DNA from: Proteromonas lacertae | Taxonomy: Eukaryota | Reading direction: 5' to 3' | DNA: 64,000 nt | Assembly (NCBI GenBank): GCA_002245135.1 | Contig: NGBS01000311.1 | Coordinates: 1 to 64,000 of the forward strand | Shown here: piece after piece, positions 26,552-39,651 of the stretch | Numbering within the stretch: the first letter of the stretch is position 1 | How the letters are laid out: each line of letters opens with the position of its first letter | Notes under the pieces: model-generated | The model's database searches: none | What the model was told of the DNA's origin: nothing | The model's input: the letters and a program-made list of their open reading frames with translations, nothing else | Program-made: the position numbers and the translations under genes

Positions 26552-29500
26552 CTATCCTTTACGACGACTTAGCCTCCAAGAATCTGCTGCATGGAATTTA
26601 TCATAGAGAGGTTCTAATTTCAGTTCTTTTCTTCTTCTCTTCAGTTCTTCTTCACTGCACTGTTTATAAAAATTAGGTGCTTGTTTAACCAACCACTGTG
26701 GTTTTATTTCCATAATATTCTTCATGTATTCTCTTGATGTCAAGGTAATTTCATGATATAATACCCATTCAGGAGCTCTCTGGAATAATGAACTAGATGG
26801 ATGAATGTAAATTGGTGCTTTATCTGTTAATCTTTCATAACCATCGTGAGAACTATTTCTTTTACCTACATTCTTAAAATAACCACCAACTAGACATTCT
26901 TGGATTTTACTATTATCTCTACAACTAATTACATCTAAATGATATTGATCCAAAATCTTCATCAACTGTTTTCTAGTTTCTTTCGCTCTTTGCAAATGTC
27001 GAGCATTCAAATAATTTTTTGTACACCATTGTGACGATTCTCCATTCTTTTCCCATTCTCTATAAACACATAATAATGTAAAATGATCACCTTCAGGCAT
27101 CATAAACTGTTTATGGCAATTATCAGCTTGTTCCTGTTTATCTCTTGGTCTATAAAACACATTTTCACCTGCTAACAGAGACACAATTGTTAAAATTTCA
27201 TCACTACATCCTTCTTCAGCTGATTTTATCAATACTTTTGACAGTGATGGATCTACTGGGAATTGTGCCATTTGTCTACCAAGAGGAGTAATAAATCCAT
27301 CTTTATCTAACGCATTTAATTCCCACAAGTGTTGTAAAGCTGATATTAATGTCTGCCTTGGTGGAGGATCCATAAATTCAAAGTTAATAATATCATGAAT
27401 ACCCATTGCTTTTAATTGTAATGCAACTGTACCAAGATTGGCTCTTTGTATTTCAGGAATTGTATTTGATAACATCTCATTCTTAAAAGCTGATTCTGTA
27501 TAGAGTCTAAAACACTTACCTGGACCTGTACGACCTGCTCTTCCAGCCCTTTGCTTGGCCGAAGCTTGAGAGATTGGAACTGGAATAAGACTATCCATTC
27601 CAGTCTTTGGATTGTATGCTTTTTGTTTACAAAATCCAGGATCTATTACATAATAAATTCCATCAATGGTTAAAGAAGCTTCTGCTATATTAGTGGCTAT
27701 AACACACTTTCTTTTACCTTTTGGTGTTGGTTGGAATACTTGTTCCTGTAATTCTGGCGGTAATGCTGCATATATTGGAATAATAATTAATTCAGGTAAT
27801 TCATCTTTAAACTCTTTCATTCTTTTATCTAATATTTCACAAGCTGTATCAATCTCTTCTTTACCTGTTAAAAACAATAAAATATCTCCAGCTGGTTCTG
27901 AAGTATGAATTCTAAAAACAGTATTGATAGAAGCGGTTAAATAATCTTCAACTGGTTCTTCAACATAACTAACATCCACATGAAATGTTCTACCAGGAAT
28001 AGTAAAAATTGCACATTTATCAAAATATATTGAAAACTTATTCGCATCTAAAGTAGCAGAAGTGACAATAATTCTTAAGTCTTTTCTTCGTTTAGATAAC
28101 TGTTTTACTAATGAGAATAATACATCTGTATTGATAGTTCTTTCATGAGCTTCATCCAAGATAATTACACTATATCTCTTCAAATCATGATCCATTAAAT
28201 ACTCTCTTAATAACATACCATCTGTCATATATTTAATTATTGTCTCTCTACTAGATCTATCATCAAATCGAATAGTATAACCAACTTCTTTACCTAATTT
28301 ACATCCAAATTCTTCACTTACTCTTTTAGCGACGCTTGTGGCTGCTACTCTTCGAGGTTGAGTACAGCCTATACAGCCATGACCAGTAAAACCAGCATTA
28401 TGTAAATATTGAGTCATTTGAGTTGTTTTACCACTTCCTGTTTCTCCAATAACTACTAATATTTGATTAGCTTTGACTGCTTCAATAAATGCATCTTTTA
28501 GTTTATAAATTGGTAAATCTTTTCTTGATTCTTCTATTGTCTTTTTCTTCTGTAATTGAGGTATATATTTTCTTACTGGAGCTCTAAATACTTGATCAGC
28601 TGTCATCATCTCTTCATCTTCATCATCTAACACTTCTTTTCCTTCTTTTCTTGCTTTCTGAGCTTCTCTTAATTGCTTTCTTTTCTTTGCTAAAGCTGAT
28701 TGATTTGTAGCTGCTCGTTGTAATGTTCCATCTGGATTCTTAACAATTCTAATTGGAGATAATTCAATACTTTTTGAGGTTTGGCCTGTTAAGAATACTG
28801 GTTCAGTATCGTTTAATTGTACATCAAATTCCGTTTCTTCTTCTGGTACTTCCAAGTCTAAACCACCTTCATCTGGATCATAATCAGGTAAATCTTCAAT
28901 TTTCATTGCTCCAGAAGCAATTAGTTGTTTATATTCGAATAATTCATAATCTGTCAATTTCTTCTTTGGCTTTGATTTTGAGATTGGTTTTCTGTTATTA
29001 TTTTGATTTATATTTGATTTATTATTATTATTGTTATTATTATCATTATAATTACGTTTTGGAGCAGATGGATTGTATAATTCTGATCGATCTTCAGTGT
29101 TTCTTTTATTTCTACTTCTACTTCTGCTTCTGCTTTTAGTTCTTTTATTTTCATTTTCACTATCACTATTATTGTGATGATGATGATGATGGTGATGGTG
29201 GTGGTGATGATGTTTCGATTTTGAACGATCTGAGCTAGATGAATGATTTCTAGAATCTTTACGATTCTTATTTGCATTTCTTGGTGGTGATGGATTGGAA
29301 TATTCTTTTATTTTATTTGATTTGGAAGAAGTAGAAGATAATGCTAGATTCTGTTTTGAATTTGGGTTTAGCATTTTTTGGATTATTCCAACTAAATTTT
29401 CACAAAATGCAACAGTAAAACCACATTGAGGATCTAATTCCATCAATTTATTGTATAATTTATCTGCATCATAGTTGTTTTCTTTGGTAAGCTCAATTAA

Positions 29501-29643
29501 AAACTATTCAAATAATAATAAATACAATAAATATATAAAAATACTTCTGCCAAGTCTTGGTCGGATGGTATATGATGATTTTCCAATTCTTTGCATAATA
29601 TAGAAATAAGTGAAAGTTTTTGTAATTCTGCTAAAGCTTCCAT
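26552..29643 (-). CDS. PRP22: Pre-mRNA splicing DEAH helicase Prp22/DHX8
   Basis: GETGSGKTTQ, TQPRRVAA, DEAH, SAT, QRAGRAGR; Prp22-type KQLIASG, PIRIVKNPDGTLQRAA and C-terminal LEPLYDKF...WRLSRR; 41-nt intron 29504-29544. Confidence 0.95.
29174..29212 (-). repeat. CAY codon run encoding 13 consecutive His in the Prp22 N-terminus
   Basis: gtg/atg triplet run on the plus strand; ORF track shows H13. Confidence 0.9.
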
Positions 29644-29737
29644 TAATGAAATAAACAAAAATGAAAAATATTTTCAAACACCCTTTTCATTATTTTGAAA
29701 CACCAATTTAGTATTTTTTTAAAATTAAAATATTTGT

Positions 29738-30334
29738 ATGGCTGCATACTTAGAACAAAAAACTCTAGAAGAATTGGAGAAAGGAAGAAGTGGAAAGATA
29801 AAAAATCTTAATAAATTATTCAAAGTAGTTCAAGAGCTGGTAGATTCTTCACAGATGAAGGAAGAAAAGATCACACGGCTTAGAAAGAATTTACAAAAAT
29901 CTTTATCAGAACTGAATACTCTTATGAAACAAAAGGAGCAACTTATAAAAGCTAAATCACAAAAGACTGATGGCTTGGACAGTTCACCTGTGATAGTTCC
30001 TGTAGAACCCAAATCTATACCTGTAACAAGTGGAATTAAGTCTCCTCCAGTTGAAATTAGTGATATGCCAATTACTTTAACAACTAATATAACAAACAGG
30101 GTGTCAAAAGTGTCAGTAACATCCTCTAAATCCTCTAAAGCTGTTATAAATCTAAAATCTTGTAGTAAATGTAATAGTAAGTTTTCAATTCAGAAAATAA
30201 AAATAGTATGTACAAAATGTAAGAAACCATACTGTTCAGAGTGTTGGAAGAAAGTAATAGCTGAAAATAAAGGTAAGAACACAGCTAGTAAGGTCTGTGG
30301 AATATGCCAAGCAAAAAAAGATAAAATGTTGTAA
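29738..30334 (+). CDS. Coiled-coil protein with C-terminal FYVE-like zinc finger
   Basis: CSKC...F...CTKCKKPYCSEC...KVCGIC (8 Cys, FYVE-like spacing) but no R(R/K)HHCR motif. Confidence 0.7.
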   Translation: MAAYLEQKTLEELEKGRSGKIKNLNKLFKVVQELVDSSQMKEEKITRLRKNLQKSLSELNTLMKQKEQLIKAKSQKTDGLDSSPVIVPVEPKSIPVTSGIKSPPVEISDMPITLTTNITNRVSKVSVTSSKSSKAVINLKSCSKCNSKFSIQKIKIVCTKCKKPYCSECWKKVIAENKGKNTASKVCGICQAKKDKML

Positions 30335-30362
30335 ATAAAAATTCAATAAATATAGTTTACTG

Positions 30363-30814
30363 TTATTTATTTATATAACCCTTTTTGTTTGCTCTCTTTT
30401 GTCTCTCTCATCATTTGTATGAATATATCAAATTCCATAATACCTGCCATTAATTGCCCAAACTGTGATTCTTTACTGTTAATATCAGCTCGATTAGTCT
30501 ATTATTCAATAATACTGGTTTATACTTTAGAAATAATCTCGTAAAATTGTTGAACTGATGATCCTTTTGATTCAATAAAAGCAGTTACTTTATCTTCAAA
30601 CACTTTTTGATACTCTTCATGCAATTTGGAATATCTTTTTAATAACACAAATAAATATACTGGAATTTGTTTTCATCAGTTTTTAAGTCAATACCATCAC
30701 AATTCTTAACAGCCCAATCTTCCAATGTATTAAAAAGCTCGTCATCTTCAAAGAAGTATTTTTCAACCTAAAATAACATCAATCTAACAATACCTCTGCT
30801 ACAATATCACTCAT
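30363..30814 (-). CDS. BART-domain protein (ARL2BP/CFAP36-like), 4 exons
   Basis: Spliced product MSDIVAEVEKYFF...DENKFQYSKLHEEYQKVFEDKVTAFIESKGSSVQQFYE...MEFDIFIQMM, matching the BART ENxxxYxxxHxxY...FxxFxxMM pattern. Missed by the ORF track. Confidence 0.8.
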
Positions 30815-30847
30815 TTTCAAAAATAAAAATAAAGATTTCAAGCCAAG

Positions 30848-30855
30848 TGTCAAGC
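30848..30855. promoter_or_regulatory. Candidate core-promoter motif TGWCAAGC in a 62-bp divergent intergenic region
   Basis: TGTCAAGC here; the same motif or its reverse complement lies 20-70 nt upstream of ATGs at 36941, 39621, 58122 and 60532. Confidence 0.5.
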
Positions 30856-30876
30856 TTAGTTATTGAATTTTGTGGA

Positions 30877-31324
30877 ATGTGCACTCGTGGCGTTTGGCAA
30901 TTAGAAAAATTAGTTTTCAGATATTGTGAACATGGCGGTAGTAGTCAAGGGATGAGGTATTTGTTATGTTATATTTTCTTTTTAGGGAATGGATGCGTTC
31001 TAATCTAAAAGAATTTGCGCAACAAAATCCACAAATTAGATGTGAAGCAATGAAATTGCCAAACAGACATCCTATCATTATAGCTAAATATAGTAAAAAT
31101 TCTATATATTTATGTGAATAGAACAAGGTGATCCAGTCCAAACATGTGTGAAGAACATGCAACCTGATGAAATTACAGAACATGTTATGAGATTAAGAAA
31201 TCAAGCTAGAGGTATATCTGGATCATTTAGCCAACAAATTTATACACAAAAAGCAAGTATTCAAGGATTATGGAGAGATGATATGATAATAAATCCTCCT
31301 CAAGTTGAAGAAATTCAACTATAA
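30877..31324 (+). CDS. MRPL43: Mitochondrial ribosomal protein mL43, 3 exons
   Basis: MCTRGVWQLEKLVFRYCEHGGSSQGMR...FAQQNPQ...NRHPIIIAKY...VKNM...LRNQ...SIQGLW. Missed by the ORF track. Confidence 0.88.
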
Positions 31325-31519
31325 TTGCTAATTTTTTCTGAATATTTATATGAAATTTCATAGATTTTTTTGTATAATCCATTTTAATCATAAATGAGCA
31401 TCTATATAGCGAGTAAAATGAAAATGAATTTTATTGGCGGGAAAGTATTAATTCAAACGCAAATCAAGCTTTTTTGAATTTGAATTTGAAGATCAAATAT
31501 TTCATTGAATTCGTTGAAA

Positions 31520-33635
31520 ATGAGCTTAGAAATATTTCAGAAATTTTATGATAGCACTAATCTCATAATTGACCAACTTTCAATCTTGAAAGCAAACCAT
31601 TGTGAAGATTCAGCTGAAAGTATATCATACAATTTACTATACTCTATTAACATCTATAGAAGAGCAAAGAGCATGCCTTGGTGCAATAAAGAAAATATGT
31701 GAAGACGTTCATGCACAAAGAGAGGAATGTATCATTCACTTCGACACAATATGTGCAGAAGCACTAACATTACCCATTAATAAAGGTATTGAATGTATTT
31801 AATATTATTATAGAGCTATTTGAGTCAATTAAAACTCTAGAATCAGTCCGTAAGTTTCTATTTGATAAATTAAAGAAGTATTCATTCCATATATATTATT
31901 CTTTAGCTCTTCATTCAATAATTTCAATGATTCCAACCTAATCAAAGTCGAAAATGCGATTATAATGAAATGTTCAAAATCTGTTGAATCAATCACACCT
32001 TCCACCTCAACAACGACATCAAAACCAATAAAACCAACAATAGAAGAAGAAAAACAACAACAACCAACATTATATAGTACATTTAAGAATGAACATATTG
32101 AACTATCTCCTATTCAAGAAATATCATCAACTGACAGTAATAATACATCATCATCACCTGTATTATTATCTACCCAACAACCACAACAACAGCAACAGAA
32201 GGAGGAGGAAGAGGAGAATAATAATAATGAAGAAGATGATGATGTTGGAGGATTATCACCAATATTAAAATCAGAGAATGAAGTGAATGAAATAGATGCA
32301 GAAAGTGAATTCTTATTAATAGATAATGATAACGACAAAGTATCTATACCAATAATAGAAGCAGCAGAACAATCAAGTGCAACTACAGTAATAGAATCAA
32401 ATATACCACCACCACCACCTGAACGTGAAGATGATAATGAGATGAATGTATTACCACCACCACAACAACAACAACAACGTATTAAAGTCCCAATACAATT
32501 CAACTCTCCTGATAATAGAGATTGTAATAAACCAATGAAAATCATTCACAAATCATCACCTTCTCCTTTAAGACAGTTTAAACCAAAAATAATGTCAGCT
32601 GAATTACAAAGAATGTATGAAATAATAAATAATAATAATAATATTGATCCGTTACAAAGATATGAAGTAGCTACATTAGATACATCTTCCATATTAGATT
32701 CATCATCGCCACTTATTAACCAAGCTAATAATAATAATAATTCATCAATATTAGTGAATGAATCTAATAATATTAATAATGATGATAATATAGTGAATAT
32801 ATCATCATCAACTACTACTACATCTAATAATGAAGATTCATTAACTAAATCATTCTTACAATATAGTAAAAATGAATTACAGGAAGAAGAACACAATAGT
32901 CCTGATAGTTCATTTGATAATGATGTTACACCATCACGTCAATTATTATTCAATGAAAGTCCATCTAAATCCAATATATCTATTGATTATAATAACATAA
33001 CTGTTAATGATGTTGAAAAGATCAATAATATTGGAGAATCCATTCATCAAAGTGAAGAATATATGAAATATATTCATAATCTCACTAAAGACATAAATAA
33101 AGAAAATAAAACTCCAATTAAAGACAAAAGACATTTATTAAAAAAGAGATCCTTTACACCACAACCAACTGTATTTCATCCTACTACTATTACTCCAAAG
33201 AAAGAAGTTAAATCTGCAGAAAGATCTAGAAGTTTAAGAAAAACTGAATCTCCAATCAAATCCCCTAATAAAACAAAGAAATTTTCACCAACGAAAACAT
33301 TATTTCAATCTCCAAGACCACATCCTAGTTTTATATCACCTGATAAAACAAAGACTCAACAACAGAAAAGAAGAGAATGTCAAGATCTTATTAAAGAGAT
33401 TAATAATCAATTAGAAGTGTGGGAACAAAAAGTACCACGAGATTTACTAGCTCAAAAGTGGATTAAGTCAGTGATGAAAAGAATGGAGGAGTTTAAAGAG
33501 GATATTAGTATTCCTAGAGGATTTTTGACTCAAATGAGAGATTTGACTGATAGATTGACAATTAAGAAGGTTAAAATACCTACAACACCAAATAATAATA
33601 AGAAATTATCGAAAATTACTGAAGTTAGTGCTTAG
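31520..33635 (+). CDS. Hypothetical low-complexity S/N/P/Q-rich protein with many SP/TP sites
   Basis: Short 5' exons with GT-AG introns then a 556-aa ORF; no recognisable domain. Confidence 0.6.
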
Positions 33636-33733
33636 AATATATATTATCCATATTTTTAATATAAACTCTGTTGATTATTGTGATTTTGAAAAAAATAAAC
33701 AAAAATACAGTCTGTTATAAACATTCAACATAT

Positions 33734-34928
33734 TCATTTAAAAAGATAATCTGATTTTTCTTCTTGGATCCATCATTTGGTTGATAGCTTTACCAACAAC
33801 ATTCAAATTAAAATCAATCACTCCTTTCTTTCTAAAATTATCTTCTTGTATCACAGCTACTATCGATAGTTGTTGTGTAATTTGATAAACATACAATATC
33901 TGTTCTTTATAAATTGCACTTTTTATCTTAACAATAGCTTGTGATAATTCTTTATTATCTTTTGCTACAAAATCAGCTTCATGAATAAATTGGAATAATT
34001 GTGAAGCAAAATGAAGGAATGTTTTATCTACAGGACTACCATCAGTAGCTAATACTAATTTAGTATGAATATCATATAATAAAGCTCTTTCAATATTTGA
34101 ATTCTATAAAAAATAAAAATAAAATTATAAAAATATTTATTAAAAAAAAAGATAATAATACTGTTATTAAAGAGTTTAATAATTGTTCTAAAAATGGAAT
34201 TTCTTTTCCTTTCTTATGCACAATTGAACTCATCACTTCCCACAATGAATAATCATATATTGATGTTAAATGAACTGTTACTGGTATTGATATATTATTC
34301 TCTTTTAATCGCTGTGATACTGTTGAATGTAGTAATCTTTGAACTTCCATTCTATTTGGATCATCTTTATCATTGTCTACTTGGTGTAATAGTATATCCA
34401 ATGTGAGACTTTTATTGTATTTATAAGCTGTATGTAGAAGTGAAAATAAGTAATCTATTGCTTCATCTTTTTCAGCACTCTATTACATATATGATGAAAA
34501 ATAGAATTATTTTATACATTTACATCTATCACATAAACTATAGAATTGTGTGCTCTGAAGAATTTTTGTGCATCTTTGGCATTTCTGTCGAATTGCTTTG
34601 GATCGTAGTTACCAGGTATTTCACATACAGGAAAATGTAATAATGGACATTGAGAAAAGAAATAAGGTTCAATCGTTGTCGTAGACTCTTCAAAACAGTT
34701 TCATAAGCGATTTTGCCATAGAACAATACTTTTTGAATACTTGTTTTACCTGCTCTTAAAGGTCCAGCAAATAATAATCCAGGTCGTTTTTGTGCTTCAC
34801 TATAAACACAACATAAGAGAAACTAACTAAATACAAGTTTACTGGATAAGCAGAATCAGTATCAGTGTCTACAAATAATAATCGTAACAAAATATACCAG
34901 AAATAATTCGCTCGTATACGTCAGCCAT
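33734..34928 (-). CDS. Rag GTPase RagC/D (Gtr2)-like
   Basis: GPLRAGKTSIQKVLF, EST, EIPG, IVYVID, HQVD, HLTSIYDYSLWEVMSSIV, ATDGSPVD, RKGVIDFN; 4 introns and one apparent indel. Confidence 0.85.
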
Positions 34929-34988
34929 CAGAAATTAACAAAAATGACAAGAAAGCTTGAGTAATGTCAAATTTGAAAGAAGAAAAAA

Positions 34989-35268
34989 ATGAAAACTATC
35001 TTCTATTTGTTAGGTGGTATTGGAATCGGAGCAATATATGGATTATATTATGAGTATAGAGATGATCCACTTCAAGCAAAGTTCTTCTGTGATACTCCTT
35101 ATCAAGTTAATAGTTTAGTATAGATTTTTCATTATAAATTATAGTATGAATCTTATAAACGAAAGAGAGATCTTGTAAGAAAATATTTTCCTCAAAAAGT
35201 ATTTTTATTATTTAATTCTGTTAATTTAGAATACTAAACCACAAACACCAGTAGATGTAGATGATTGA
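34989..35268 (+). CDS. Small (~72 aa) single-TM hypothetical protein, 3 exons
   Basis: MKTIFYLLGGIGIGAIYGLYYEYRDDPLQAKFFCDTPYQVN...RDLVRKYFPQKNTKPQTPVDVDD*; two canonical short introns give an open frame. Confidence 0.6.
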
Positions 35269-35564
35269 GCATAGTTTAGTCGTTTTTATTTATATAGATG
35301 TAATTTTATGTATGGGATAGAATTATACAGATTTTAATCATCATAATTAGTGTATATTACTCCTAAAATCCTAAAGTGTAGCACGTATATAGACGTTTTA
35401 GTTTAGTTTCATGTCTGAATATCTTACAGTGTGGGACAATATTCGGATTTATTCATAATAAAAATGACCAATCAAAACTGTTTTAAAAATACATCAATTT
35501 TCGTTAATTATTTAAAAGATCAAGAAGTTTAAACAATTTTAATATAATTTTATATAGATTTATC

Positions 35565-36765
35565 ATGCCTTCTGAAAGCAAAGAGGATATAGTCAGACCT
35601 GGTTTTCATCGTTTTGAAGTACCAACTACAGTTTTTGAAGTACCAACTAGATATGAATTGATAAAACAAATCGGTATTATTGATATTATTATATCTTTGC
35701 AGGAAGCGGTGCATATGGTGTTGTTGTATCTGTTAAAGATAAAGAGACAGGAGAGAAGTTAGCTATTAAAAAAATACCTAATGCTTTTGAAGATTTAGTT
35801 GATGCAAAAAGAATCTTTAGAGAAATTCGTTTATTAAGACATTTCAACCACGACAATATTTTAGACATTAGAGATCTCATTGTTCCACCATCTATTCATG
35901 ATTTCAACGATATATACATAGTAAACGAATTATTGGAAACTGATTTACATCGTGTGATTTACTCAAAGCAACATCTAACTGATGAACATATTCAATACTT
36001 CATGTATCAAGCATTAAGAGGTTTAAAATGCATTCACTCCGCCAATGTTATTCATCGAGATTTAAAACCAAGTAACTTGCTAGTAAATAGTGACTGTGCC
36101 TTGAAGATCTGTGATTTTGGTTTGGCTCGTGGAATAATGCAAGACAATGATCCCAAACCAACAGGTGAATTAACTGAATACGTCGTTACAAGATGGTATA
36201 GAGCTCCAGAGATCATGTTAGCCTGTAGAAAATATGAGAAAGCAATTGATATATGGGCATTAGGATGTATATTTGCTGAATTATTAGGAAGAAAACCACT
36301 TTTCCCAGGTGATAACTATATACACCAATTGAAATTGATTGTTGATTTATTAGGCAATCCAATTGAAGAAGATACTAAATTTATTACCAGTGAAAAAGCA
36401 TTGAAGTTTATAAATGGTTTACCGAAAAAAGCAGCAACTAATTTTCAAGCAATGTTCCCAAAGCTAATCCATTGGCTATTGATTTATTAACGAAGATGTT
36501 AACCTTCAATCCATCTAAGAGATACACTGTTATTGATTGTTTGAACCATCCTTATATGGCAAGCTTACATAGCGAAGAAGATGAACCAACATGTGATTCA
36601 AAATTCTATTTTGAATATGAAGGATTTAATTTGAATAGAGAATTGTTACAATGGTGTATTTATAATGAGGTTAAAGTGTTTCATAAAGATTTGCCTGATT
36701 ATCCAAAACCAGAAGGTGGTGAATCAAAAGAAGAAGAAAAAATATCTGATGATCATCTTGGTTAA
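35565..36765 (+). CDS. Mitogen-activated protein kinase (TEY type)
   Basis: [40 protein letters not shown]; intron 35674-35702; one apparent deletion at ~36460. Confidence 0.95.
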
Positions 36766-36991
36766 AAATTAAAGGATTGTAGGATGAGGAAAAAAAAGAT
36801 GAAAATTGTTTTAATTATGAAAGAAAAATACTTTTATTATATTGTATTTAAAAATAAAAAAAAGTTTTTAATATTGTTATATTGTTTTTGTTATTATTGA
36901 TGAATATAGATGAGTTTTATTATTTATTGTCGTTTTATAAGCTTGACAAAAGTTTGATTTTTAGTAATTTATAAAACTGTTTTTTGATGAA

Positions 36992-37651
36992 ATGGATGAT
37001 GATTTCTTTAAAACAGAAAGAAATTTTAATTATCCAGAATATGAAGAAGAAGTATATTGAAATATGTGATAATATTAATAGTCAAAATCAAATTATCACA
37101 CTCCAACTCGATCTCCACAACATACACTCACATCATCATGTTCAGTATATTTTTAATAATCTTATAATTGCATTAGTTACCTTCAATAAATAGACCAACA
37201 CCAAATACTTCAAAAAAGAAAAAAAGTAAATCAACAAAATTCCTAGATTCACAACTTTCGCCTAGTAGTCCAGGATGTATTAATTATTAAACTCTATTGA
37301 TAGTTCATTTACCATCAGCAAATACATCACCAATAATAAGTCCAGCAAAATCACCTCACAAACATGTAGTACCAGAAGTAACACCACTAACACCAGTAAA
37401 ATCTCCAATCATTAGTCCAAGAACTGAAGAATTATATAAAGAGGCATTAGATAGTAAAAAAACATTTGATGAAAAAAGAGAACTATTAGGCAGAGATAAG
37501 AAAGAAACTGCAAGAATCAATGAGAGAAGAAAGTAGAGCAATTCATGAAAGAATTAAAGAAAGAGAGTTGGAAGCTGAAGAATTACAGCTATCTAAATCT
37601 AGAGCTTTAGCTAGAGGTAATCCGCTTATGAAGAAAGTGAAATCTCATTAG
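36992..37651 (+). CDS. Small hypothetical SP-rich/coiled-coil protein (multi-exon)
   Basis: MDDDFFKTERNF... joined through three short GT-AG introns to ORF 37297-37536; one apparent indel. Confidence 0.55.
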
Positions 37652-37832
37652 AATAACTCAAAATGTTCGTATAATTTGACTGTAAATATTTAAATTATTT
37701 TCTTAATATATCATATTGTTCTATTTATCCAATACTATACATAATTAAAATATTTATAAAATAAAGTAAATTAAAAATCCTAAATGATTTAATAAATACC
37801 TACTTAACTATATTCAAATAATAATAATGATT

Positions 37833-39418
37833 CTAAAAATCATCCTGCTGTTGTTTTTTCTTCTTGCTCAATTTCTTCTGCTCTTTCTTATAATAATAAC
37901 TAGCAAATTTATCAGAAACAGGACAAGAACCAACTCTAGCTTCTTCTCTCTTTGCATCTTCAATTTTATATTGTTCTTGTAGTAATTTCTGGTGGAATAT
38001 AAACTCATTTCCAAATAACTCGCCTCTCTCACTATTCTTAAATACTCCCGTGTATTTATCTTCAGTTTTATCTCCAATAGTGTCTAATGGAATATCATAT
38101 TGTGGATCTGGTTGTGGTTTTTCATTCATATATCTACTATCATGTTGTTTATAAGATGGTAATGGTAAAAACTTTGGTGTACTACTGTTAAATGGTAATT
38201 CTTTCTTTGTGTAATTTTCTTCTAATTTACGATATTTCTCTATATAAAGAGGATCTAGTTTTTGTGGTTCATAATGATAATTTCTTGGTTCACGATGTGG
38301 TTTACTATTTAAACAAATAATAATAATAATATAAATATACGGTGGTTCTGGTGGTGGAGTCTTAACTTTCTTCACTTTCTTTGGTTTACTTTCCAACAGT
38401 TTACCAACTGGTGTTTTACTGGAAATATGAATTACTGGATGTTCACCTGTTATTGGATTAACTAATGATTTTGAAGCATGTTTATTCAACAATAATCTTG
38501 ATGATAATAATTCAGAACTTCTTCTGGAAGTATCTCTACTTGATTTTCTTGAACCACTTTGAGGTGTATTGATATAAGCATCAGAATGAGTTCTTCTATA
38601 ATTTTCTAAGTGTTTTTTATTATTAGCAATCATATCATGTGGGAAATCGGATTTAATATAATACCCAGGACCTACATTCTCAGGTACAGATGGTTTCATC
38701 ACAGGGAACATTGCTGTATTTTCAAATTTATAAGTTGGAATTGTTGCAAATCTATTGGATGTTTTTATTAATCCTGGACTTCGTGGTGATGTTGGAAAGA
38801 TAGCTTGATATCCATGATCTAAACCTCTTGGACTAGTTAAATCATAGGCTGGATAATGTATTGTTATTCCTGGTACATATTCTGGAAATAAATCAGTTTT
38901 TGATTTGTCTGAACCATAATCCATTTTGGCTGGACATGTTTTTATTTCTGGCTTTTTAACATCATAAGGTGTTGGGAAGTTCATTTGATCTTCTGTTGGT
39001 TGGAAAGGATCTTTACGTGGTGGTACTGTGAAACCATAAGATAAACGATCTGGATTACTTACATGTGTTTTTAATTCTTCTGGGTAAGGATATCTATTTG
39101 GACCTCTTAATCTGACTAATTCATCTTTTTCATCTGGAAACCTCTCCACTGTTGATCTTACTACACTATTTCCTAGTTTCTGCTGATAAAAATAGGTAGA
39201 TGCATCAGGATGATCAATATTAAGCTATTAATAATATAAATAATATCTTTATTGTTCATACAATTCTTGGATCGATAAATCCATCAGGTGGAGGCAACCG
39301 ATGCTGAAATATAAAATGAACAATATACAGTATGATGTATTGATTTTGGTCTACTCGAAGTCACGTACTGCACTGTGCCAGATGTAGTAACAGTTGAATA
39401 GGGTGATGCTACACTCAT
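37833..39418 (-). CDS. Pro-rich protein with PGxY (SHIPPO/ODF3-like) motifs
   Basis: VPENVGPGYY, PQPDPQYDI, GPNRYPYP, LPFNSSTPKF, GVFKNSERG; in-frame intron 38305-38340; two 5' introns. Confidence 0.55.
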
Positions 39419-39651
39419 ATTTTCAATAACGTTATTTTTATGAACAAACCTCATTCAAATAATTTCATAATAGATTTTAATTTATCTTCATAGCTCATCG
39501 TTGGTTTGTACATCTACAATATTAAACTATTAAATGCAAATAGCGCAAATTAACATAGGCATTTAGAAATAATTGAGTTATTCTCTATTCATTATCTACA
39601 CTAAGAAATGGCATTATTTATGTCAAGCCAAATTTATTGAAAATTGTAATT

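Noticed and set aside
26552..29446. Alternative genetic code (stop reassignment)
   Set aside because: Long conserved ORFs (964 aa, 1432 aa) have no in-frame stops, and TAA, TAG and TGA are all used as terminators.
39425..39436. AACGTT palindromes as a ciliary-gene promoter element
   Set aside because: The same hexamer also occurs inside introns (~46758, ~60821), so it is not specific.
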